This document shows, piece after piece, positions 36,970-44,195 of a stretch of DNA of 64,000 nucleotides. The DNA lies in IMG/VR virus record IMGVR_UViG_3300050821_018577, positions 96,001 to 160,000 of that record, one strand, 5' to 3'. Each line of letters opens with the position of its first letter. The stretch's first letter is position 1. The notes under the pieces were generated by a model that was given only the letters and a program-made list of their open reading frames with translations, searched no databases and was not told the origin of the DNA. The DNA comes from a virus. The position numbers were made by a program, and so were the translations under genes.

Positions 36970-37815
36970 ATGCTCGCACTGAGTCCGGCAGGACGTCGCT
37001 ATGGATATCTCCGGGACGTTCCGGACCATCGCGACTTTGGCATCTCCAATCTTGAAGGTTTCAAATCCGCCCTTGGAGTATCAAACGTCGACCTGGAATC
37101 GTTCTGCGGCCCTGTGCTCGACCAAGGCCAGGAAGGATCCTGTACGGCGCATTTCGGAGCTGGCGTTCGCGCTTTCCTTGCGAACAAGTATCAAACGCAA
37201 TCAGTCGAGTTTTCGCCGGCCTTTCTTTACTACCTGGCCCGGCAGATGGACAATTTCTATTCGGCCAACAATCGCTGGGCGACCAATGATGAGCTCAAGG
37301 CTTTCATTGCGGCCAATCCAGCCGTCGATGATGTAGGCAGCTTTGGCCGAACGATTTGTCGCGTCTTGAATCAATTTGGCGCATGCACTCGCGCCACTAT
37401 GCCCTACACTCCTGGCGATTTTTCAACGGCGCCCAACGATGCGCAGTATGCCGAAGCATTGACCTACAAAGGCGGCGCTTATCATCGGCTGAACACCGTG
37501 GCGGACATGAAGTCCTGTCTCGCGTCCGGCTACACGTTTGGCATCGGATTCACGGTCTATGAATCCTTTGAAAGTGACCAGATGGCCAAGGACGGCTTGT
37601 GGACGCCAGACGCAGCCAACGAGCGAGTCCTAGGCGGTCATGAAGTGGAAGCGATCGGTTTCGATGATTCCGTGAACAGCGGCTCGTTCAAGGTCCGAAA
37701 TTCCTGGAGCGCGACCTGGGGCGCGAAAGGAAACTTTTTCTTGCGCTATGTCGACGCGGCCAATTCCAATATTTTGCAAGACGCGTGGCTTCCGCATCTC
37801 GGAAAAGCATGGTGA
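36970..37815 (+). CDS. papain-like cysteine peptidase (C1 family)
   Basis: DQGQEGSCTAH, GGHEV, RNSWSATWGAKG. Confidence 0.9.
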   Translation: MLALSPAGRRYGYLRDVPDHRDFGISNLEGFKSALGVSNVDLESFCGPVLDQGQEGSCTAHFGAGVRAFLANKYQTQSVEFSPAFLYYLARQMDNFYSANNRWATNDELKAFIAANPAVDDVGSFGRTICRVLNQFGACTRATMPYTPGDFSTAPNDAQYAEALTYKGGAYHRLNTVADMKSCLASGYTFGIGFTVYESFESDQMAKDGLWTPDAANERVLGGHEVEAIGFDDSVNSGSFKVRNSWSATWGAKGNFFLRYVDAANSNILQDAWLPHLGKAW

Positions 37816-37967
37816 AGAAGTTCATTGAATTATTGCGACAACTTTTTCGTGGCGAACGCATCTGTCCGGCATGTAAAGTTACCGTTGACGGCCACGGCGA
37901 TGCCCGCCATGAATCTAGTTGTCCAAACGTGAAGGAGTGGAATTATGGACGCGACTGCAACTTCTGA
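37809..37967 (+). CDS. small Zn-binding hypothetical protein
   Basis: CPAC..H..C. Confidence 0.4.
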   Translation: MVKKFIELLRQLFRGERICPACKVTVDGHGDARHESSCPNVKEWNYGRDCNF

Positions 37968-38433
37968 ACAGCGGCAAATCGAGATAAGAAACATAGCTGC
38001 CCTCATCATCAACGCTGGAACAGTCTCGGTCAACGAAGCGCGCGAACTGCTGGACCTCTCTGAACGGCCGGCTTTATTCGGTCAGCCGAACTGGAATAAT
38101 TATTCCAGTTCTGTTTCGATACCGAATGTTACGACAGGCGATTGGATGGTCGACCCTCCAGGCATGACCGTTATCCCTAGTGCTGGGCCAGTGACCACCG
38201 TTCCTGCGTTGCCCAATGGCTTTACGGTTTGGCCTGTCAATCCTCCAGCGACTCTTCCACCACCGCGGCCGCCGGTCTGGAATGAGCAAATAGATTTCGA
38301 GAGAATGCAAGCCTTGCTGGCTGGCATCAATCAATCTCCCGCAAAGCCAAAAAGAAAAAGAGCTCCAAGGCGCAAGGTGGCGATAGAGGTTGTTCCACTC
38401 GATGCCAAGCGCAGGATCCGGCTCGAGGACTGA
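37945..38433 (+). CDS. hypothetical protein
   Basis: ORF with RBS; Pro-rich middle and basic tail. Confidence 0.45.
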   Translation: MDATATSEQRQIEIRNIAALIINAGTVSVNEARELLDLSERPALFGQPNWNNYSSSVSIPNVTTGDWMVDPPGMTVIPSAGPVTTVPALPNGFTVWPVNPPATLPPPRPPVWNEQIDFERMQALLAGINQSPAKPKRKRAPRRKVAIEVVPLDAKRRIRLED

Positions 38434-38472
38434 CCCTTTCCCACAGCGAAACTTAGCCTCTAAAAATAAGTC

Positions 38473-38502
38473 TTGACAAGCGATTCCGTAACCGTTTACG
38501 CT
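38473..38502 (+). promoter_or_regulatory. sigma70-type promoter of the ncRNA array
   Basis: TTGACA (38473-38478), 18 nt spacer, TACGCT (38497-38502); 8 nt upstream of unit 1. Confidence 0.65.
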
Positions 38503-38510
38503 GATTTTGC

Positions 38511-38631
38511 TCCTGGTACTGTGTTGCTTACATGTTAGCTCAATGGTAGAGCAACTGCCTTCAAAGCAGTCGGTTGCCGGTTCAAATCCGGTACACGATT
38601 CCCCGTAAGGGGAGCAGCGCGACATCCAGGA
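38511..38631 (+). ncRNA. Y-RNA-like unit 1 (tRNA-like insert, UCA anticodon)
   Basis: Stem TCCTGG/CCAGGA; TACTG..TACATG; D, anticodon and T arms; CGACAT. Confidence 0.7.
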
Positions 38632-38714
38632 ACACTTTTCGGTGCGTTTCGTTTGTTGCGACCAATTCGACCGGATTGTCTCATACGCCGGACTACAAAT
38701 TATGAGACAGCTTT

Positions 38715-38858
38715 TGACCGTTACTGCAAGCGGATACATGCGTGGCGCAAGCCACATCAAGGTTCGACTCCTTGGTCCCGCTCCATCTATGCGGGACTGG
38801 CCGAATGGTAGAGGCACATGCTCCCGAAAGGGAACATTCCGCAGGCGACATACGGTCA
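38715..38858 (+). ncRNA. Y-RNA-like unit 2 (permuted class II tRNA mimic)
   Basis: Stem TGACCG/CGGTCA; variable arm, T arm, GTCCCGC-TCCA, linker, GCGGGAC, D arm. Confidence 0.75.
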
Positions 38859-38865
38859 TTGATTT

Positions 38866-38979
38866 TGGCTGTTACTGAACTGAGGCTACATGACTGTGGG
38901 CGAATAGCCCACCCCCCTCCACCAACGATGGGGGGGCCGTGCAAGCGGGACTATTGAAACCTCAATCGACATACAGCCA
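38866..38979 (+). ncRNA. Y-RNA-like unit 3
   Basis: Stem TGGCTG/CAGCCA; core motifs present; multi-hairpin insert. Confidence 0.7.
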
Positions 38980-38988
38980 TTCTTTCTT

Positions 38989-39129
38989 GGACGGTTACTG
39001 AACGAAGCCTACATGACATCCCGGGGCGGATAGCCTCGGCCCCCGCCAACTATCGGGGGCCTCGGAAAGCCGGCGCTAAACACGCCGGTCGGATGAGGAT
39101 CTATTGCAAGCTTGGTCGACATACCGTCC
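38989..39129 (+). ncRNA. Y-RNA-like unit 4
   Basis: Stem GGACGG/CCGTCC; core motifs present; insert related to unit 3. Confidence 0.7.
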
Positions 39130-39137
39130 TCGGTTGT

Positions 39138-39283
39138 GGCGGTTACTGTTTCGGGCTACATGTCAATACAACGTTGAAGTCGTGAGTTCGAATCTCACAT
39201 TCGCCGCCAAGAAGTTTTGGCGAATTAGCTCAGTTGGTAGAGCGCAACGCAAGACAGCAGTACATCCCGAACGACATACCGCC
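39138..39283 (+). ncRNA. Y-RNA-like unit 5 (permuted tRNA mimic)
   Basis: Stem GGCGG/CCGCC; T arm, ATTCGCC-GCCA, linker, GGCGAAT, D arm; CAACG/CGTTG stem. Confidence 0.75.
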
Positions 39284-39291
39284 CTTAGAGA

Positions 39292-39430
39292 TTGGCGCTT
39301 ACTGTGTTCGCTTACATGTCCATTGGAGACCGAGGTCGTTGGTTCGAATCCAACCGCCACCTTCGGGTGGCGTAGCTCAGCGGTAGAGCGCGTAGGCCGA
39401 AAGGCCACTAGCGGATCGACATAGCGCCAA
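39292..39430 (+). ncRNA. Y-RNA-like unit 6 (permuted tRNA mimic, acceptor closed by UUCG)
   Basis: Stem TTGGCGCT/AGCGCCAA; T arm, CGCCACC-TTCG-GGTGGCG, D arm. Confidence 0.75.
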
Positions 39431-39436
39431 CTAATC

Positions 39437-39509
39437 TTGGCCTTTACTGTGTTGGGCTTACATGACTGTTAATCATTCCCGAAAGGGAGCCCAGCCGATA
39501 TAAGGCCGA
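39437..39509 (+). ncRNA. Y-RNA-like unit 7 (minimal)
   Basis: Stem TTGGCCTT/AAGGCCGA; TACTG..TACATG; CGATAT variant of the 3' motif. Confidence 0.6.
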
Positions 39510-39552
39510 CTGAATTTACGACGCGCATAGCGCAACCCGTAAATCGCAGTAC

Positions 39553-39587
39553 GGCGCCGGGCCCAGTTAGGCCCGGCGTCTTGTTTC
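39553..39587 (+). terminator. rho-independent terminator after the array
   Basis: 11-bp GC-rich stem GGCGCCGGGCC/GGCCCGGCGTC followed by TTGTTTC. Confidence 0.6.
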
Positions 39588-39602
39588 AAAGGGAGAAAAA
39601 CG

Positions 39603-39839
39603 ATGGGTGGCAACAAAACCGATGTGGATGTGACGAAAGTATCTCCTCCAATTGCAACATTGTCCGACAAATACGCACAAGCACAGCTTGCGCTGCGGGA
39701 TCTCCTGAACTTTTTCGACCATCCGGATATCGGCCAATGGACACCGACCGACATTTCGCGGCTGAAAGAGATTCGAGAAATCGCCGGCCAAACTGAGCAG
39801 GCTCCTGCGGTCGAAGCGACTCCAGTTTCAGGCGAATAA
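39603..39839 (+). CDS. hypothetical protein
   Basis: GGGAG RBS. Confidence 0.45.
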   Translation: MGGNKTDVDVTKVSPPIATLSDKYAQAQLALRDLLNFFDHPDIGQWTPTDISRLKEIREIAGQTEQAPAVEATPVSGE

Positions 39840-39846
39840 TTTCTGT

Positions 39847-39922
39847 GGTAGGAGAAGCCAAACGGCGCGGCTCGTGACTGTGAATCACGGTTTAGCGGGT
39901 TCGACTCCCGTTTCCTACCCCA
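39847..39922 (+). tRNA. tRNA-His(GTG)
   Basis: Cloverleaf, G-1:C73, encoded CCA. Confidence 0.85.
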
Positions 39923-39929
39923 ATTTTCT

Positions 39930-40004
39930 GGCGTCATCGTCTAGTGGCTAGGACGTTGGCTTCTCATGCCGAAAACGCGGGTTCGACTCCCGTTGGCGCC
40001 TCCA
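39930..40004 (+). tRNA. tRNA-Glu(CTC)
   Basis: Cloverleaf, loop TTCTCAT, CCA. Confidence 0.85.
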
Positions 40005-40016
40005 AAGGTAAAGCAA

Positions 40017-40598
40017 ATGCCGAAGTCTGACGACAGATTTTATCTGATGGAGATGTCGAATCGCCCTGCGATGTGGGGCGACATCGGCTCGCTTTTGAAG
40101 CTCGAAGGCGTAGTCATCGGCGGTGGCGGCGCGCGAGAGATTTTGCTTTTACCGTGCAGCGAGCCAATGAAGGCAGAGACGTTGGACTATTCCGTTCACG
40201 AATTGTCCATCGAGGAGTGGTCAGATTGGTTGCAGCGCAGCGACAATCCAGAAGTTCTTGTCGGCCCAAGTTTGACCGGTCCGCAAGGCGCAACGCTGCC
40301 GAAGATTTGGCATCGCAAACTGCGTTACGAGATTTCCGGCGCGGTCCAGCAAAAGGTTTGGGCTGCGGACCATTTCCGATGCTGCTATTGCGGAGTGGAG
40401 ATGGGAAAAGCCTTGATGACCATCGACCATTTTGTTCCATTGGAACAAGGCGGCAAAAACGATGTGACAAATTATCTGTCGAGTTGCAAGCCGTGCAACA
40501 AAGCAAAAGGTTCACTGGCTCCAGATGTTTTTCTGGCGGGTCGGCCGAATCTGTTCGAGACATTGAAAAACTATTTGGCGAATCGAAAAATTTCCTAG
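40017..40598 (+). CDS. HNH endonuclease domain protein
   Basis: CCYCG..TIDHFVP..GG.N..N..SCKPCNKAKG. Confidence 0.85.
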   Translation: MPKSDDRFYLMEMSNRPAMWGDIGSLLKLEGVVIGGGGAREILLLPCSEPMKAETLDYSVHELSIEEWSDWLQRSDNPEVLVGPSLTGPQGATLPKIWHRKLRYEISGAVQQKVWAADHFRCCYCGVEMGKALMTIDHFVPLEQGGKNDVTNYLSSCKPCNKAKGSLAPDVFLAGRPNLFETLKNYLANRKIS

Positions 40599-40608
40599 GA
40601 GAAGAAAC

Positions 40609-40926
40609 ATGCCGGATAAAATCACAGTATCGGAAGCGTTGACGTGGCAAAAGACGTTGAAGGAACGCCATGCGGAACTGGTGAACCTGCGCAATTCCAA
40701 CGCGTACCGCGAGCGGACCTTTTACGGCAAGGATAGCGACAAAGAGCGCGTGACCGAGCCGCTGTATGACCCGAAGGCCCTGGATCGGACGGTCTCGACC
40801 CTGGCGCGCGAGATGCGTTTGCTTGATGAGGCCATCAAGCGCAGTAACGCCTCGACCGAACTTGCCGGGTACCTGCGTGATGACGCGGTGCTCGGGGAAC
40901 TCGAAGCTCCGGCTACGAAGTCGTAG
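40609..40926 (+). CDS. small coiled-coil protein (possibly DIP1984-like)
   Basis: AGGAG RBS; ITVSEAL..K.L..R..EL..L..IKRSNAST pattern (family recalled, unverified). Confidence 0.5.
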   Translation: MPDKITVSEALTWQKTLKERHAELVNLRNSNAYRERTFYGKDSDKERVTEPLYDPKALDRTVSTLAREMRLLDEAIKRSNASTELAGYLRDDAVLGELEAPATKS

Positions 40927-40940
40927 CCGATTCCGTGCTG

Positions 40941-41146
40941 GCGTAATGCGATATGTGGGTAGTCTAGCGGACCGGAGACGCGATAAACATTCCGGCGCTG
41001 TGGCGACGATTCGCTGCTCAGTACAACTCGCTCTGAAAAGAGCTAAACGGTTCATACCGACACTTGTTGATTCTGAGTAGTTGGTTGTTCGTTGTCACCG
41101 TAATTTTTAATTGATTGACTCTACCGACTATCGGGTTGCATTACGC
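40941..41146 (+). ncRNA. candidate ~205-nt structured RNA
   Basis: Nested closing helices GCGTAATGC/GCATTACGC, GATA/TATC, GGTAG/CTACC; no RBS-led ORF. Confidence 0.5.
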
Positions 41147-41172
41147 TGGCGCCAAAAAGAAAGCGGTGAGAA

Positions 41173-42414
41173 ATGAAAGCATTCCATTGGGCCTTTGTGG
41201 TTTTGCTGTTTGCGATGCCGGTGCGAGCGCAGGACTGCGGCAGCATTGTCGTGGACCAGGCTGGTGTGTTCAAGCCGACAGAATTTGCAGCAGTCGTCGA
41301 TGCCAGTAACAATCTCATTGACAATGGCGCGGATGTCCGCGTGCGGACAGTTGGCCCCACGTCGAATCTCGATATCGACGAGAAAAATTTAGAGCGCGTT
41401 TGCCAATCGTGGCAGTCTCCGAACGGAGGCCGAAAGAGCACGCTCATTGTGCTGATGGTGTCGCCGCAAAGCCACAAGGCTGGCATCTATATCGGTGAAT
41501 CGTGGAAGCCGGCGCTGGCTGCTCATTGGAATCGAATCAAGACCGACTACATGAACCCGCATTTCAAGACTGGTGACTTTGCGGGCGGCTTCATTGCGAC
41601 GGAACAGCAACTTGCGGCTAGGATCACGGCCTCACGAGATGAAGCGATTCATCCGGCGGTCACGACCACTACGACCGTGAATCAAGCGGAGGACCTGTCT
41701 GGACTCTGGAGGGTATTCGGGTGGCTCATTGTTCTCGGCGCTATCGGTGTTGCTATTTGGATGGCCGTTAGCTTTTTGAAGCAGAGACGCAAAAGCGACC
41801 AGGAACTAAGAGAAGCACAACGTCGTGCGATTGACACCAAGGCCCGGGCAGCGGAGTTGCTTAAAACAAAGGCCAGCGACTATCCGAAGCTGGATGAAGC
41901 GTCCCAGGAATTTGCGCGACTGAATACTTCTATCCGTAATGACCCGTACGCGGATGATTTAGCGGTCGAGGAGTATAACGTCATCGCATCGCAGTACCAG
42001 AACGTGGTGGACATGCTGAGTGGACAATCAGAAAAACCGTATGTTCCACCGCCTGGCATGGGAGCTGATTTTGTACGGCAGAAGGCTACCAAGACTACCA
42101 AGAAGCATCGGCCAGCCTCCAGCGATACAGCGGCTTCACAAACCGCAGCGCCCTCAACGGCTGGCGGCTTCCCGGTACCCATTATTATAGAAGAGCCGAC
42201 AATCATCGAAGAACCGCGAAGGCGTGAACCGGACCCGGAGCCACAGCCAGAACGAAGCTCGCGGCGCAGTTCAGATGACGACGGCGGAAGCGGCGGCGGG
42301 TCGAGCAGTTGGGCCGATACATCCAGTTCGAGCGATTCCGGCTCCAGTGACAGCGGTGGCTCATCGGATTTCGGCAGCAGTGATAGCGGCGGTGGAGGCT
42401 CTTCGGATTATTGA
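41173..42414 (+). CDS. TPM-domain membrane protein with G/S-rich tail
   Basis: Signal peptide, VVDQAGVF.., TM helix, low-complexity SSDSGGG C-terminus. Confidence 0.75.
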   Translation: MKAFHWAFVVLLFAMPVRAQDCGSIVVDQAGVFKPTEFAAVVDASNNLIDNGADVRVRTVGPTSNLDIDEKNLERVCQSWQSPNGGRKSTLIVLMVSPQSHKAGIYIGESWKPALAAHWNRIKTDYMNPHFKTGDFAGGFIATEQQLAARITASRDEAIHPAVTTTTTVNQAEDLSGLWRVFGWLIVLGAIGVAIWMAVSFLKQRRKSDQELREAQRRAIDTKARAAELLKTKASDYPKLDEASQEFARLNTSIRNDPYADDLAVEEYNVIASQYQNVVDMLSGQSEKPYVPPPGMGADFVRQKATKTTKKHRPASSDTAASQTAAPSTAGGFPVPIIIEEPTIIEEPRRREPDPEPQPERSSRRSSDDDGGSGGGSSSWADTSSSSDSGSSDSGGSSDFGSSDSGGGGSSDY

Positions 42415-42422
42415 GGCAGTAA

Positions 42423-42854
42423 ATGGAACGCAGAATTCAACTACAGAATGCCGACAAGAGAACGGTGAGCACGGATGCCCTAGAAACCTTGGGGACCATC
42501 ATCGACGAAACTGCCGGACGCGACGCCATTCATTTGGCGGTTGAGCCCGTTGTGGCCGCGCATATGCTGCGGCCCGGCGACGATGTTGGTTTCGTTGAGG
42601 GTGGAGTTGGCTACTGCGAAAATCCCGTAGGCATCGTTGACCCATTTCTAAAAGAGCGATGGGTTCAGAAAGGCCAGAGATTCTGGCTGGTAGTGTATCC
42701 GCGTCAGATTACGTCGCTGCGCCATGTCTGGACGCATCCAGCGTTTGAGGAACACAAGAACGCACCTACGCAGTCAAAAGCAGAATCAGAAGCATGGCTG
42801 CGGCATAACAGGTCGTGGCATCGATTGACCGGCTCGCCTTTCCCAAAAGCCTAG
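42423..42854 (+). CDS. conserved phage protein, N-terminal part (apparently split)
   Basis: RDAIHLAVEPV..GIVDPFL..FWL..YP..ITSLRHVWTHPAF; ends at TAG. Confidence 0.6.
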   Translation: MERRIQLQNADKRTVSTDALETLGTIIDETAGRDAIHLAVEPVVAAHMLRPGDDVGFVEGGVGYCENPVGIVDPFLKERWVQKGQRFWLVVYPRQITSLRHVWTHPAFEEHKNAPTQSKAESEAWLRHNRSWHRLTGSPFPKA

Positions 42855-42929
42855 GACGTGGGCTGGCGTGCGCCAATGCGACCACTCTTTCAGAGCTAGG
42901 ACGATGCAGTTTCAGTTTCATGCACCAAG

Positions 42930-43244
42930 ATGCAGGATGCCAAACCGCAGTTCACTTTCAATTTCGAGAAAGGAGACACGCATGAGGCGACCACCAGGTC
43001 CACGAGTCGGGCGGCCGTCCGACCTGCCGCCAGCGTTCGTACTCGGCCTTCGCCACAAACACGGCACAAAAATGCGGTATCTTATGGCGCTCCTGAGTGG
43101 AGCCTTGAAGAAGGCTATCTGAACTTTGTAGGCAGAGACGCCCATGGCGAAATTCCGCCTGAATTTTGGGACCATGTAGAAGTTGTAACTGAAAAAAAGA
43201 TTCCAACGAACAAACGGGCCAGTTATTTTTCATGTGGTTGCTAA
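42930..43244 (+). pseudogene. in-frame C-terminal remainder of the 42423 protein family
   Basis: Same frame; DAHGEIPPEFWDHVEVVT..YFSCGC resembles the recalled C-terminus of this family. Confidence 0.4.
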
Positions 43245-43261
43245 AAAAAGGAGAATCGAAA

Positions 43262-43939
43262 ATGTCTTTCTTGGCAAAACTTAGAGTAGTCACTCTGGCA
43301 AACGTCCACGATTTGTTGGACAAGGCCATTGACTTAAACTCGCCCTCGGTCATCCGGCAGTACACCCGGGACCTTGAAGATGCCCTGGACCGCATGAAAA
43401 ACGAAGCGGCGGTCCAGGCCGGCACAGTGCGCACGTTGCAGCGCGAGAAAATAGAACTCGACGGGCGGATCAAGACCACCGAAGTCACCATCCAGCATCT
43501 TGTGGAAGGTGGCCATTCCGACCTGGCGCGACCGAAAGCGGCCGACCTTGTGCGTATGCGCGCCCACTTTGCGGAAGCGGACGGCAATATCGCCACGGCT
43601 CAGAAGTCCTCGCATGATATCGACGTGGCGGTCGCCAACCTCGAGGCCAAACATGCTGAGATGGTGGACCATGTGCGCCAGCTCGAAAGTCTCGACCGGG
43701 ACACCAAGGCCAAAGAGGATTCCAAGCGAGCTCTGGCCGCAGCTGGCCGGCTCGTTCAAGGCGGAGCGGACGTCTCGGTCGACGATGTGGAGTCCAGAAT
43801 GAAGCGCAGGAACGATATTGCCACCGAAGGATTCAATCGCGCCCTCGGCGATGCTGCTGTGCAGGAGAATCCGGAAACCAGCGCGGCGGTCGATGATGTG
43901 TTGGCAGAATTCACCAAGAAGAAGGATGCCTTCGCATGA
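43262..43939 (+). CDS. pspA: PspA/IM30 (ESCRT-III-like) protein
   Basis: [21 protein letters not shown]; long coiled coil; AGGAG RBS. Confidence 0.8.
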   Translation: MSFLAKLRVVTLANVHDLLDKAIDLNSPSVIRQYTRDLEDALDRMKNEAAVQAGTVRTLQREKIELDGRIKTTEVTIQHLVEGGHSDLARPKAADLVRMRAHFAEADGNIATAQKSSHDIDVAVANLEAKHAEMVDHVRQLESLDRDTKAKEDSKRALAAAGRLVQGGADVSVDDVESRMKRRNDIATEGFNRALGDAAVQENPETSAAVDDVLAEFTKKKDAFA

Positions 43940-44193
43940 AAAAAATCGCCAAGGAATTGAACATCGACAAACGCGTCAAGGAAATCATCGTCGAGCACCT
44001 CGGCGTTGGCGTTAACGAAGTTACCGACAATGCATCCCTCGTGGACGACCTTGGCGCCGATTCTCTCGACCAAGTAGAACTCGTGATGGCGATCGAGGAG
44101 GAATATGACATCGCCATACCCGATGAGGAAGCAGAGGAAATCAAAACCGTTCAACAGGCGGTGTCCTGTGTGAGCAAGAAAGTTGGCAAATAG
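43936..44193 (+). CDS. acpP: acyl carrier protein
   Basis: [45 protein letters not shown]. Confidence 0.9.
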   Translation: MKKIAKELNIDKRVKEIIVEHLGVGVNEVTDNASLVDDLGADSLDQVELVMAIEEEYDIAIPDEEAEEIKTVQQAVSCVSKKVGK

Positions 44194-44195
44194 TC

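Noticed and set aside
38529-38599. Functional opal suppressor / genome-wide UGA recoding
   Set aside because: The acceptor stem is broken, there is no CCA, and many clear genes end at TGA.
38511-39509. CRISPR array or known small ribozyme (hammerhead, hairpin, twister, pistol, HDV/theta) as explanation of the repeats
   Set aside because: The repeats are bipartite and imperfect and surround structured cargo of variable length; no cas operon is present. I could not find the core motifs of those ribozymes, though self-cleavage remains untested.
40114-41055. 313-aa minus-strand ORF and similar long antisense ORFs (e.g. 17479-18228, 38074-38859)
   Set aside because: They overlap well-supported plus-strand genes or RNAs and lack recognisable motifs.
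42852-42899. Amber recoding or group I/II intron
   Set aside because: No CTA-anticodon tRNA was found and other genes end normally at TAG; no P7 or domain V motif is visible.
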